Positions 28,382-38,425 of a stretch of 64,000 bases of DNA are shown here, in pieces. The notes below the pieces were generated by a model. It had not been told where the DNA came from and did no database searches. It saw only the letters and a list, made by a program, of their open reading frames with translations. A program made the translations under genes and the position numbers. The stretch lies in assembly GCA_943350175.1 (NCBI GenBank), contig CALQZX010000002.1, positions 66,061 to 130,060 on the forward strand, written 5' to 3'. The stretch comes from Parcubacteria group bacterium. GTDB lineage: Bacteria > Patescibacteriota > Microgenomatia > UBA1400 > PJMF01. Every line of letters starts with the position of its first letter. Position 1 is the stretch's first letter.

Positions 28382-28990
28382 TTGGCTTTAACTGGATTGA
28401 TAGCTTTTTTACTTTGGTTGTTTTTAGTTTTATTGCCGGTCGTTTTTGTAGAAATTAAATATCAGTTTAAGTCTTTTTTTCAATCAATCGGTTTTAGTGA
28501 TTTGAAATCAGTCTTTGTTCCCAATTTTTCTGAAATGACTATTGTGGGAAATGCTTCAAAAAATAAAGATTATGGAATAATTATTCCCAAGCTTGGCTTG
28601 GATGAAAAAGTAATCTTCAATGTTGATCCAAATAATGAAGATCAATATCGAGCAGCTTTAAAAATGGGCATAGCCCATGCTTCTAGTACCAGTTATCCAG
28701 ACGAAAATGGCCTTGGCTATTATTTTGCTCACTCATCTAGTCCAGGATTCAAAACTCAATACAACGCTGTTTTTTATCTTTTGGACAAGCTTGAGGAAGG
28801 TGATGCTGTTTATATTTGGAATGAACGAAAAAGATATCATTATCTAGTTAGTGAGAAAATGATTAAAGAACCATCAGACACTGCTTTTCTTTATCAATCT
28901 TATGATAGCGAGACAATTGTTTTGCAAACTTGCTGGCCACCTGGAACAACCCAAAAGAGGCTCCTGATTTTTGCCAAAAGAGTTAATTGA
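28382..28990 (+). CDS. Sortase (start uncertain)
   Basis: IPKLGL, FAHSS, VLQTCWPPG..KRL catalytic His/Cys/Arg. Confidence 0.9.
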   Translation: MALTGLIAFLLWLFLVLLPVVFVEIKYQFKSFFQSIGFSDLKSVFVPNFSEMTIVGNASKNKDYGIIIPKLGLDEKVIFNVDPNNEDQYRAALKMGIAHASSTSYPDENGLGYYFAHSSSPGFKTQYNAVFYLLDKLEEGDAVYIWNERKRYHYLVSEKMIKEPSDTAFLYQSYDSETIVLQTCWPPGTTQKRLLIFAKRVN

Positions 28991-29032
28991 TGGCCTTCAT
29001 TAATAGTTTGCTTTTTTATTTTTTTTTGTTAA

Positions 29033-29063
29033 TATTGAAATTGAGTACAAATTGATTTCAATA
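29033..29063. promoter_or_regulatory. 9-bp inverted repeat, candidate operator
   Basis: TATTGAAAT-N13-ATTTCAATA overlapping TGTTAATAT -10 upstream of a wHTH gene. Confidence 0.45.
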
Positions 29064-29085
29064 CTAGTCTAATAAAGGAGAATTT

Positions 29086-29685
29086 ATGGCAGATTTAAGC
29101 GATCTTTTAGTTTCAAAAGTAAGAGTGAAGATGCTCGAACTTTTTTTTGAAAAACCTGGTGAAATGTTCTATGTCAGAGAAATCACTCGCTTGGTCAAAG
29201 AAGAAATCAATGCCGTGCGTCGAGAACTAGATAGAATGCTTGAGTGTGGATTGCTCAAAAGTGAACAACGCACCAATCGTCTCTATTATTTCCTCAATAA
29301 AAAATATTTATATTTCCAAGAATTGCAAAGAATTGTCATTAAAACGACAGGCATTGGTAAAAAAATTCGCAAGTACAGACGTAAGCTTGGCAATGTTGCT
29401 TATGTAGTTTTTACTGGAGCCTTCATTAATCAACAAAAATTGAATAAGGATGAGCTAGATGTCTTAGTAGTTGGTGACATCGTTTTGCCTGAATTGGAAG
29501 CTTTGATTAAGGGAGAAGAGAAAGCTTTTGGTCGAGAAATTAATTACGCTGTTTTGGAAAGTGAAGAATTTGAATTCCGTAAAGCTCGTCGCGATCCATT
29601 TATTATGGAGGTGATGTATGGAGCTAGAGTAATGGTTATAGGAGACGAATTGGAGTTCTGTCATCGCGAGTTGCCAACAATGTAG
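29086..29685 (+). CDS. ArsR-like winged-helix protein with degenerate nucleotidyltransferase-like C-domain
   Basis: SKVRVKMLELF..YVREITR..INAVRREL; TG...ELDVLVVG; AAGGAG RBS. Confidence 0.8.
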   Translation: MADLSDLLVSKVRVKMLELFFEKPGEMFYVREITRLVKEEINAVRRELDRMLECGLLKSEQRTNRLYYFLNKKYLYFQELQRIVIKTTGIGKKIRKYRRKLGNVAYVVFTGAFINQQKLNKDELDVLVVGDIVLPELEALIKGEEKAFGREINYAVLESEEFEFRKARRDPFIMEVMYGARVMVIGDELEFCHRELPTM

Positions 29686-29712
29686 TTTTTTGTTAGAGTA
29701 AGAAGTTATTTT

Positions 29713-31086
29713 ATGAAAAGCAAATCATTAGCTAAGCCTTTATTTTTGATTTTTTTCTTGACCATCATTGCTGGTTTTATAGCTCTGCCAGATAAAATTG
29801 GCAGTTTTAATAAACCGGTTTTAGATTTTTATTTCTTAGGCAATCACGTCTATAAAAATTATCAGCTACGCAAAGGCTTGGATATTCAAGGTGGCATGCA
29901 AGTCACTCTTGAAGCCGAGATGGACAATATTGCTGCTGAAGATAAAATGACTGCTCTAGAATCTGCCAGAGAAGTTATTGCCAAAAGAGTTGATCTTTAT
30001 GGCATTAGTGAAGCTTCCATTCAAACTTCTCAAAAAGAAGATAAATATCGTTTAATCATTGAATTACCAGGTGTTTCCAACCCTAAAGAAGCCTTGGAGT
30101 TGGTTGGCAGCACTGCACAACTAGAATTTAAATTACAAAAGCAATTGACGGAAGAGCAAGCTGCTCAAGCGACTGTGTCTGCTGCTGTTTGGCTCGATTC
30201 ATTTACAGATACAGGACTGACTGGCAAGCAACTTAAGAGATCTTTGGCTCAATTAAATCCTCAAACCGCCAGTCCAGAAATTTCTTTGGAAATGAACGCT
30301 GAGGGTCGAGATTTGTTTGCTGATGTGACTAAGAAAAATGTAAATGAAGTTTTAGCTATTTTCATTGATGGTGTGCCAATTATGACTCCAGTGATTTCTA
30401 CTCCAATTCTTGATGGCAGGGCAGTGATTAGTGGCAGTTTTACCATTGATGAGGCCAAAAAGATTGCCATTCAATTAAACGCTGGAGCTTTGCCAGTTAA
30501 TATTAAAATTTTGGAACAAAAAACCATTGGGGCTAGTTTGGGCGATGAATCCATCCAAAAGAGCGTCGTTGCTGGTTTGGCTGGTCTTGGGTTAGTTTTG
30601 CTTTTCATGATTCTTTATTATGGCTGGCTAGGAGTAATTGCTAGTGTTTCTCTAATAATTTATGCCATCCTCACAATCGCCATTTATAAAGTCTGGGGTG
30701 TAGTTTTAACTCTGCCAGGCATCGCTGGTTTGATTCTGACTATTGGCATGGCTGTTGATTCCAATATTTTAATTTTTGAAAGAATGAAGGAGGAGCTCCG
30801 AGTTGGTCATCCATACGCAAGAGCTATGGAGCTAGGTTTTGGTCGCGCTTGGGATAGTATTAAAGACGCCAATACGGCTTCTATCTTCACTGCTTTGGTT
30901 TTAATCAATCCTTTGAATTTTTCTTTTCTCAACACAAGTGGTTTGGTCAAGGGATTTGGTCTGACTTTTCTACTCGGTACTTTATTAAGTTTATTTACTG
31001 GCATGGTGGTCAGTCGTTTGTTGCTTCGAGTTTTTGTTCCTCTTTTAGGAAGACAGAAAAATCAAAATCAAGGAAATAAATCATGA
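29713..31086 (+). CDS. secD: Protein translocase subunit SecD
   Basis: GLDIQGG, IELPG, AGALP, GMAVDSNILIFER. Confidence 0.96.
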   Translation: MKSKSLAKPLFLIFFLTIIAGFIALPDKIGSFNKPVLDFYFLGNHVYKNYQLRKGLDIQGGMQVTLEAEMDNIAAEDKMTALESAREVIAKRVDLYGISEASIQTSQKEDKYRLIIELPGVSNPKEALELVGSTAQLEFKLQKQLTEEQAAQATVSAAVWLDSFTDTGLTGKQLKRSLAQLNPQTASPEISLEMNAEGRDLFADVTKKNVNEVLAIFIDGVPIMTPVISTPILDGRAVISGSFTIDEAKKIAIQLNAGALPVNIKILEQKTIGASLGDESIQKSVVAGLAGLGLVLLFMILYYGWLGVIASVSLIIYAILTIAIYKVWGVVLTLPGIAGLILTIGMAVDSNILIFERMKEELRVGHPYARAMELGFGRAWDSIKDANTASIFTALVLINPLNFSFLNTSGLVKGFGLTFLLGTLLSLFTGMVVSRLLLRVFVPLLGRQKNQNQGNKS

Positions 31087-31967
31087 ATTTAATGAAGTTT
31101 AAAAAAATTTATTTTTTCATTTCTTCTTTTGTAATTATCCCAGGCCTAATCTCTTTGCTTTTATTTGGTCTAAAGCCAGCGATTGATTTTACTGGAGGAT
31201 CGGTGGTGGAGCTGCACTTTTTAGATCAAGAAAAATTTGCCAACTATTCAGAACAAAATCTTAAAGATAGCTTATCTGGTCTCTACGAAATCGATACCAT
31301 TCAAAATTCTGGTGAACAAAAAATAACCCTCAAGGGAAAAGAAATTAGCAACCAAGAAAAAGATAATGCTGTGACCAAGCTTGCTGAAAGTTATGGCCAA
31401 ATAGATGTTTTGCGTTTTGAAACAATCGGACCAATTTTGGGTGCAGAACTTTTAAAAAAGACTTTGACAGCTATTCTTTTGGTTGCTAGTATCATTACTT
31501 TCTTTGTGTGGAAGCAATTTGATGAGCTCAAATACGGTCTTTGTGCTGTTCTAGCGATGCTACACGATTCTTTGGTTTTAATCGGCTCATTTAGTCTTCT
31601 GGGCCATTTCTTTAATGTTGAAGTAGATGTTTTGTTTGTTACGGCTTTGTTGACGACTCTGTCTTTTTCTGTGCATGACACGATTGTGGTTTATGATCGC
31701 ATTAGAGAATTGAAGCGCAAGCATGCTCGTTATTCTTTTGATCAAATCGCCAATGCTGCTGTTTGGGAAACCCTTGGTCGTTCTATTAATAACTCCATGA
31801 CTATTATCATTATGCTTTTAGCCTTGGCAATTTTGGGTGGTGCCAGCATTCACTGGTTTGTTATGGCTTTGTTGATCGGATCGATTACCGGAACTTATTC
31901 AAGCACTTTTGTGGCTGTGCCACTTTTGACTGTTTGGGATAAAGTTTTCACCAAGAAAAAAGCCTGA
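31083..31967 (+). CDS. secF: Protein translocase subunit SecF
   Basis: IDFTGG, HD, SVHDTIVVYDRIRE, GTYSS. Confidence 0.96.
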   Translation: MNLMKFKKIYFFISSFVIIPGLISLLLFGLKPAIDFTGGSVVELHFLDQEKFANYSEQNLKDSLSGLYEIDTIQNSGEQKITLKGKEISNQEKDNAVTKLAESYGQIDVLRFETIGPILGAELLKKTLTAILLVASIITFFVWKQFDELKYGLCAVLAMLHDSLVLIGSFSLLGHFFNVEVDVLFVTALLTTLSFSVHDTIVVYDRIRELKRKHARYSFDQIANAAVWETLGRSINNSMTIIIMLLALAILGGASIHWFVMALLIGSITGTYSSTFVAVPLLTVWDKVFTKKKA

Positions 31968-33554
31968 TTAAGGAATCAATTTCTGAGCTTCTTTTATTAA
32001 TGTTTCTTTGTTGTTTAATTCTGAATCATCTAGAACCATCTCCAGAAGTTTATCAAGAATTTCTCCAAGAATTGGTCCTGGTTTGAGAGATAGCTCACTC
32101 ATTAGATCGTTGCCGTTAATGGCGAGATCATCCAATCCCATGGGTTGATTAAGTTGCTCGATAATTCTTTGCTTCATTTCTTCCAAACGCCAGCTAGTTT
32201 TTTTGGCACCACTGCCTAAGCGATCGCCTTCGCGCAGGTCGAGAATATCGTCAATATTATCAAAGCCAACTCGACGAATAAAACGACGGATGGAAGCATC
32301 GCTATGATGCTCTTGGTAATGGAACATGTGATAGCGGACTAGAATGAAGATTCTTTGGACGTCCTTTTTTGGCAAACGTAGGCGATTGGCAATTTGACTG
32401 GCAATTCTGGAGCCTAAAATGTCATGGCTATAAAAAGTAATTTCTTCATTTTCCTCTTTATATGATGGGGGTTTGCCAATGTCGTGAAGCAGTGTGGCCA
32501 AGCGAACAATTGGATCTTTGGATGGACAAAATCTTAGCGCATCTAAACTATGAGTCCAAACATCAGTGATGTGATGACCTCTCTGTTGCATGCCCATGCC
32601 AGCATATAACTCTGGAACAATGCTTTCCAAGAGCTCTGCCTGATCGAGTAATTCAATGCCTTTGGCTGGCTGATCGCTTGAGATGATTTTAAGGAATTCG
32701 TCTCTAACTCTTTCAGCACTGACAAATTTAAGTAGTTCTTTATGAAATCTGATGGCGAAGTAAGTGTCGGTTTCAATGTCCATGTTCAATTGGACCGCTA
32801 GACGGATGGCTCTGAGCATGCGCAAGGCGTCTTCGTTAAATCTCTGATCAGCTTTACCGACAGTACGAATGATTCTTTTTTCGATATCTTCTTTGCCATT
32901 GTGAAGATCAATAAGTTTAAAATTCTCCTCATCAATTTGATAAGATGTCTCTAGTTTTTTATCTGCAAAGATTTTTTCTAAGTAGTTTTCATTGATTGAA
33001 ATCGCCAAAGCGTTGATAGTAAAGTCTCTTCTCTCCAAGTCCTCTTCAATGCTTTTGCCAAAGTCGACGCTTTCTGGACGGCGATGATCTAAATATTCGC
33101 CATCGCTACGATAAGTGGTCATTTCAAAAGGAGGTAGAGTTTTTTTTACTTCTTTAACCTCCTCATTATCAAGAGAAGCGGCTTTTTCTTTGAGTGAAAT
33201 ATGGATTTTTTTGGCGTTTTTCAGATCAATGATACGATTTTCTTTGACTTCTTCTTTTTCGCCAAAGTCCACGAGGGTTTTTTCTGGTAATTGAGCAATT
33301 CTTGCTATTTCTTCGATTAAATTCTCGTGAGTAACGCTGACAGTACCAAATTTATTTTCATAAAAACTATCAGCAAAGACTTTTTGAATTTCACTTGGGG
33401 AAGCATTGGTGGTGAAATCAAAATCCTTGACTTCATTTGGTTTGAAATTCATAACCAAATCACGCACAGCGCCGCCAACGAGAAAACCTTCAAAGCCATT
33501 TTTATGGAATTGGTTGAGGATATATAAAACTTCAAATGGTAAATTTAAGGTCAT
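31968..33554 (-). CDS. cca: CCA tRNA nucleotidyltransferase with HD domain
   Basis: VGGAVRD, DFDFTT, EDLERRDFTINA, EDALRMLRAIR, LLHDIGK. Confidence 0.92.
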   Translation of the reverse strand: MTLNLPFEVLYILNQFHKNGFEGFLVGGAVRDLVMNFKPNEVKDFDFTTNASPSEIQKVFADSFYENKFGTVSVTHENLIEEIARIAQLPEKTLVDFGEKEEVKENRIIDLKNAKKIHISLKEKAASLDNEEVKEVKKTLPPFEMTTYRSDGEYLDHRRPESVDFGKSIEEDLERRDFTINALAISINENYLEKIFADKKLETSYQIDEENFKLIDLHNGKEDIEKRIIRTVGKADQRFNEDALRMLRAIRLAVQLNMDIETDTYFAIRFHKELLKFVSAERVRDEFLKIISSDQPAKGIELLDQAELLESIVPELYAGMGMQQRGHHITDVWTHSLDALRFCPSKDPIVRLATLLHDIGKPPSYKEENEEITFYSHDILGSRIASQIANRLRLPKKDVQRIFILVRYHMFHYQEHHSDASIRRFIRRVGFDNIDDILDLREGDRLGSGAKKTSWRLEEMKQRIIEQLNQPMGLDDLAINGNDLMSELSLKPGPILGEILDKLLEMVLDDSELNNKETLIKEAQKLIP

Positions 33555-33571
33555 AGCCTTATTATAGGGCT
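33555..33571. promoter_or_regulatory. Bidirectional overlapping -10 promoter for cca and recJ
   Basis: TATTAT (+) and TATAAT (-) each at -12..-7 of ATGs 18 bp apart. Confidence 0.75.
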
Positions 33572-35230
33572 ATGAAATGGCACATTCAATCGACAAGTAA
33601 CCCAAAAAATCTAGAGGAACTTAAGCAGGTTCTTTTGTCCAATAGAAATATTGATGATGAACAAAGTTTTTTCAAGGGAATTTCTCCCTTTAAAATTACT
33701 TTGGAAGAGTTGGGCTTCGATTCTATTGAATTAGATAAAATTAAAAAACGCCTCAAGATTGCCAAAGAAAAAAAGCAGAAAATTATTATCTTTGGTGATT
33801 ACGATGCTGACGGAATTAGCGCCACAGCAGTTTTGTGGCAAGCCATGAATGCTCTTGGATATAACGTTTTGCCATTTATACCTAATCGTCTCAAACATGG
33901 TTATGGTTTGTCGGTCAAAGCTCTGAATGACTTATTAGCAGAACACAATGATCTTTCATTAGTAATTACCGTCGATAATGGTATTGTTGCTCATCCGGCT
34001 TTTAAATTCCTGAAAGAAAGAGGGATTGACGTCATTGTTACAGATCATCACCAAAAAGATGATCAGGAACCAGACGTTTTGGCACTTTTTTATTCACCCA
34101 AGGTTTGTGGCTGTGCTGTGGCATGGTTTTTGGCGAGAGAATTAAGTGATGCTGCTGCATCCACTGCAGCACAAAAAAAGTTATTAATTGAATTACTGGC
34201 TTTCGTAGCTATCGCTACTGTGACTGACTTAATGCCTTTACTCTCAATTAATCGTTTTTTATTGATGTATGGCTTAGTTGTGCTCCGATCAAATGTCAAT
34301 CTTGGTCTGAAAAACTTATTTGCTTTGGCCAAAATTGATTCAGATAGAATCGATGCTTACACTCTTGGTTTTCAAATTGGACCACGCATTAATGCCATGG
34401 GTCGTTTAGCGGATGGTATGGATGCTTTGCGTTTGCTCTGTACCAAAGATAAAACCAAGGCGGCCACGCTAAGTAATTTGCTTCACGAAACGAATGAAGA
34501 TCGTCAAAATTTGACTTTTGATTTGACCAAACAAGCAGAAGAACTTGTTGCTAAGGAAACTCAAGAAAAAATCATCATTCTAAGCTCACCAAGTTATCAC
34601 GAGGGGATTATTGGCTTGATTGCTGGCAAGATGACAGAGAAATTTTCCAAGCCGAGTATCGTCATTAGTGAAGGTCCTCAAACTTCCAAAGCATCGGCTC
34701 GTTCTTTACCTGGTTTTAATATTACTGAATTCATTCGTTTATTTAAAAAAGATTTATTGGAGGTGGGCGGACATCCTTTGGCAGCTGGTTTTGCTTTGGA
34801 AACAGAAAAAATTGAGTTGGTCAAAAAACTAATGCAGGCTAAAGCCAGAGAAATGCTTGCGAATCAAAACTTAGAGAAAATTCTTGAGATCGACGCTGTT
34901 TTAGAAAATAGTCTATTAACTCTTGAAGCAACTAAACTAATAAACACTTTTGCTCCTTTTGGTCTGGCCAATGCTAAGCCAGTTTTTGTTTTGAAAAACA
35001 TGCTTTTGAAAAACTACAAAACTCTTGGTAGAGAAGAGCAACATTTGAAGCTGATAGTTGCTTTTGAAGGTGAAACTAAGGAATATGAAGTTTTGGCTTG
35101 GGGTCGAGCAGCTCTAGCTTCGCAGTTTAATTTAAACGATAGAATAGATTTAGCAATTTCTCTAGATATAAACACTTACCGTGGAGTTGATAAATTGCAG
35201 CTGATTCTCAAGGACATAAAGAAAGTTTAG
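33572..35230 (+). CDS. recJ: Single-stranded-DNA exonuclease RecJ
   Basis: GDYDADG, TVDNG, TDHH, PRINAMGR, GGHPLAAG, APFG..N. Confidence 0.96.
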   Translation: MKWHIQSTSNPKNLEELKQVLLSNRNIDDEQSFFKGISPFKITLEELGFDSIELDKIKKRLKIAKEKKQKIIIFGDYDADGISATAVLWQAMNALGYNVLPFIPNRLKHGYGLSVKALNDLLAEHNDLSLVITVDNGIVAHPAFKFLKERGIDVIVTDHHQKDDQEPDVLALFYSPKVCGCAVAWFLARELSDAAASTAAQKKLLIELLAFVAIATVTDLMPLLSINRFLLMYGLVVLRSNVNLGLKNLFALAKIDSDRIDAYTLGFQIGPRINAMGRLADGMDALRLLCTKDKTKAATLSNLLHETNEDRQNLTFDLTKQAEELVAKETQEKIIILSSPSYHEGIIGLIAGKMTEKFSKPSIVISEGPQTSKASARSLPGFNITEFIRLFKKDLLEVGGHPLAAGFALETEKIELVKKLMQAKAREMLANQNLEKILEIDAVLENSLLTLEATKLINTFAPFGLANAKPVFVLKNMLLKNYKTLGREEQHLKLIVAFEGETKEYEVLAWGRAALASQFNLNDRIDLAISLDINTYRGVDKLQLILKDIKKV

Positions 35231-35282
35231 TTTAATTTGTCCTCCGTTTTCACTTCGGACATTCCCTCGTTGAAACTCAGTC

Positions 35283-35320
35283 GAAAAACCGCAGGTTTTT
35301 AGGCCTGCGGTTTTTCTTTT
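35283..35320. terminator. Bidirectional terminator between recJ and dsbA-like gene
   Basis: GAAAAACCGCAGG-N8-CCTGCGGTTTTTC. Confidence 0.85.
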
Positions 35321-35336
35321 TAAAACTTATCTGGTT

Positions 35337-36170
35337 TTAGAGATGTTTCTCTAACATGGCTTCAACCTGTTCAAGAGGTAAAGCTCCTGGGATTAATTCA
35401 ATGCCACCTTTTTTACTAATGATGACTGTTCCTGGAGTACCAGTGATGCCAGCTTTAGTGCCACTAGCCTGAGAATCTTTTACTTTAGTTGCCATTTCTT
35501 TGCTATCGATACAAGCTTTGACTTTGTTTCGATCTGCACCAGCAACAGCAGCTAAACTAAGAACCATTTCTTCGCTGACTTTTTTATTGGTTGGGTCAGT
35601 GCCGAAAATGGTGCCATCGTTCATTTTGGTGTAAACACTGTCGCTAAATTTCCAGAAAGCGTCTTGCGAACCATATGTGTTCACACATTCGCTAGCTTGA
35701 GCCAGAGGCTCAGCATTTGGATGAAAAGAGAGTGGGTAATGTCTATAGACCCAAACTAATTTATCACTGTACTTGGCCATCAAATCGACCATAGTTGGAT
35801 GAAATTTATTACAATAAGGACACTCAAAATCTGAGTATTCAATCAGGGTCACTTTGGCGTCTTTGTTGCCACGGAAGTGATCTGTTTTTGGATCAAATAA
35901 GGCAATGGTTTCTAATTTCTTTTGTGCTGCAGCGGCTGCGGCAGCATCGCCACCAGCGGTGTCTGCAACTCCGTTACCAGCACCATTTCTAAGCATTCTG
36001 TTTTCTGTCCAGAGTGATCCACTTAAAAATCCAAGGACAAATGCCATGACCAGCAAGATAATTAATGAAAAATTAGCATTAATGAAACCGCTAAAAGCTT
36101 GGAAGGAAAACCTGTCTACTGCTTTTGAGACTACGACTGTCTTTTCCTTTTGTTGAATTTTTTTAACCAT
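35337..36170 (-). CDS. Membrane-anchored DsbA-family thioredoxin
   Basis: EYSDFECPYC, YRHYPL, GITGTP. Confidence 0.9.
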   Translation of the reverse strand: MVKKIQQKEKTVVVSKAVDRFSFQAFSGFINANFSLIILLVMAFVLGFLSGSLWTENRMLRNGAGNGVADTAGGDAAAAAAAQKKLETIALFDPKTDHFRGNKDAKVTLIEYSDFECPYCNKFHPTMVDLMAKYSDKLVWVYRHYPLSFHPNAEPLAQASECVNTYGSQDAFWKFSDSVYTKMNDGTIFGTDPTNKKVSEEMVLSLAAVAGADRNKVKACIDSKEMATKVKDSQASGTKAGITGTPGTVIISKKGGIELIPGALPLEQVEAMLEKHL

Positions 36171-36247
36171 GAGTTCTTCCTTTAATTAGTTGTTATTTTT
36201 TGACTCCACAGTTTAATTGCGAAGCTTGTACTACAATATGCATTATT

Positions 36248-37030
36248 ATGCAGAAATTTACAAGCAGAATATTGAGTGTTTATGAAAAGAACCAGTTACT
36301 TAAGTATAGTTTGAAGGAAGCCGAACTGCTTACAAAAGGTGAATTGCCTGTTGAGTATTTTACCGGCTTTGTAAATTTTAAAAACTTAGATTTAAAAGTT
36401 AATCAAAATGTTTTAATTCCTAGAGTTGAAACTGAAGAATTGGTTGATCTATTAATCAATTTTGCCATTTCTGTTGATGAGTCATTTTCCTATTTAGAAG
36501 TTGGAACTGGCAGTGGAGCGATCAGTGCTGCTTTTTTTGATTTTTTGCTGAAAACAAAAAAAATACAATTTGAAGAGTTAATGATCACTGATGTTTCCAA
36601 TGAGGCTTTAAATTTAGCTAAAGAAAACTTCACTTCGCTTTTTGGTGCCTCAGCACTTTCTAAAATTAGATTTTTGAAAAATGATTTGTTGGATAATTTT
36701 CCCAAAAAAAGATTTAACATGATTGTGGCTAATCTGCCATATATTCCTTCAAGTAAAATTGAAACTTTGGATCCGAGCGTTAAAGATCATGAGCCATTAT
36801 TGGCGCTAGATGGTGGAGAAACTGGTTTTGAATTAATAAATAAGATGCTTGAACAGATTTTGAATCAAGATTTATTAGTGGAAGATGGGAAAATTTTTCT
36901 AGAAGTTTACGAAACTCACAATCTTCGATTTATTGAAAAAAGATTTAGGAAGATTTATGAAAATTTTTCTATTTTGGAGATTAAAGACCAATTTGAAAGA
37001 CAACGTTTCTTAATTTTGCAAAAGATCTAG
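36248..37030 (+). CDS. prmC: Release factor glutamine methyltransferase HemK/PrmC
   Basis: VLIPRVETEELV, EVGTGSG, ANLPYI, EP..ALDGG..G. Confidence 0.9.
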   Translation: MQKFTSRILSVYEKNQLLKYSLKEAELLTKGELPVEYFTGFVNFKNLDLKVNQNVLIPRVETEELVDLLINFAISVDESFSYLEVGTGSGAISAAFFDFLLKTKKIQFEELMITDVSNEALNLAKENFTSLFGASALSKIRFLKNDLLDNFPKKRFNMIVANLPYIPSSKIETLDPSVKDHEPLLALDGGETGFELINKMLEQILNQDLLVEDGKIFLEVYETHNLRFIEKRFRKIYENFSILEIKDQFERQRFLILQKI

Positions 37031-38133
37031 TTTTGTAGAAGCGCTAAATATTGTTTGGCAATTTTTTCAATTTTATATTTTTCTTCAAATTTTTCTTTAG
37101 CATTTCTGGCTAATTTTTCTTGTAGATTTTTATCTTTTAGTAGCTTGATGATGGAATTTGCCAAATCAAGATAATCGCCATCTTTAGCCAAAAGAGCGCT
37201 CTCACCATTGCTAATTAATTCATTGCCTGGCGCGCGATCAAAAGCAACAATTGGTTTTTGAAGAGCCATTGCCTCGATAATTGTTAGGCCAAAACCCTCC
37301 AATGGCCAAACTGATGGACAAAGAACTATTTCACTTTGTTCTATTAAATCTTGTTTGTTTTTTACATACTTTAGAAATTTAATTTGAGAATCATTGTTGC
37401 TTGATTTTTTTAATTCTTGTTCAAAACTTCCTTGTCCCACAATTAGTAATTCTGCATCCTTGAATTCTTTTTTGACAAAAGCAAAAGCTTTAATGGTCAG
37501 ATCTTGGCCTTTGCCTTTTTCTAACCTAGAAACCACGATGAGGCTGTTTTTTTTGATTTTATTTTGTAGATTGAGGGTCGGCGACTTAGATCCGCAGGGA
37601 ATCAAAACCATTTTATTATCTTCAAAGATATTTTTTAAAGATAGCTTGGTGTTTTCGGAGGGGACGATTACTTTTTTGGCAAAATTTTTGCTAATGTAAT
37701 AGAGAAATTTAGGAATGCCATAAAGTTTATTAAAGATTGGTGAGAGTGGTCCATATTCAATGAAAAAAACTGGCAAATTAAATAATCTAGCCATTGGGGT
37801 AACAATAATTTTTTCTGAAAAACCAGAGCAAATTATGACTTGTTCGTCTGTTCTTTTTTTGATTTTAAATAAAGTTTTTAAATAATAAATTTTGGCCAAA
37901 GGAGTTAATAGAAGACTTTTTAAAAGGCCTTTGCGGTTGCCAGCAAAATCTAAATAAATAGGAATTTTCTCTACATTAATGTTTTGATGCTCGGTTAAGC
38001 TTTTTAGTAAAAAATCATTACTGGTGTATAGAAAAACTTGATTTCCAACTCTAGCGATTTCCAAAAGAAGGTCGTGGGCAAATTTTTCAGCACCACCAAA
38101 ATCCTTGCTTTGCAAAAAGAAATTAATTGTCAT
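37027..38133 (-). CDS. Glycosyltransferase family 4
   Basis: GGAE, SRL...KG, EGFGLTIIEAMA. Confidence 0.9.
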   Translation of the reverse strand: MTINFFLQSKDFGGAEKFAHDLLLEIARVGNQVFLYTSNDFLLKSLTEHQNINVEKIPIYLDFAGNRKGLLKSLLLTPLAKIYYLKTLFKIKKRTDEQVIICSGFSEKIIVTPMARLFNLPVFFIEYGPLSPIFNKLYGIPKFLYYISKNFAKKVIVPSENTKLSLKNIFEDNKMVLIPCGSKSPTLNLQNKIKKNSLIVVSRLEKGKGQDLTIKAFAFVKKEFKDAELLIVGQGSFEQELKKSSNNDSQIKFLKYVKNKQDLIEQSEIVLCPSVWPLEGFGLTIIEAMALQKPIVAFDRAPGNELISNGESALLAKDGDYLDLANSIIKLLKDKNLQEKLARNAKEKFEEKYKIEKIAKQYLALLQN

Positions 38134-38378
38134 TTTTTCTCAATTTGAATGATAATTTCGTTTAAATCTTTTGGTAAGCTATCGATCATTTTTTTCATAG
38201 CTGGGCCGAAAAGTGGAATCAAAATGTATGCCGCCAAAGCCAAAAAAATAATATTAAAAAACCAAGAGCCAATACTGCGAGCGATTCCGGCTAGAAAATT
38301 TTTCTTAAAAATTGCCCAATTACTTATGTTGTATAAGTTTTCAGTTTCTTCGCCGCTTATGTTTAGTTTTTTCTTCAT
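38130..38378 (-). CDS. Small membrane protein (DUF5665-like)
   Basis: [11 protein letters not shown] motif then TM; TAGAAT at -12..-7 of ATG. Confidence 0.72.
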   Translation of the reverse strand: MKKKLNISGEETENLYNISNWAIFKKNFLAGIARSIGSWFFNIIFLALAAYILIPLFGPAMKKMIDSLPKDLNEIIIQIEKK

Positions 38379-38425
38379 TTGTTCATTCTAGCTTTTTTAA
38401 TTCTTTTTGGCTACAATTCTCTTTT

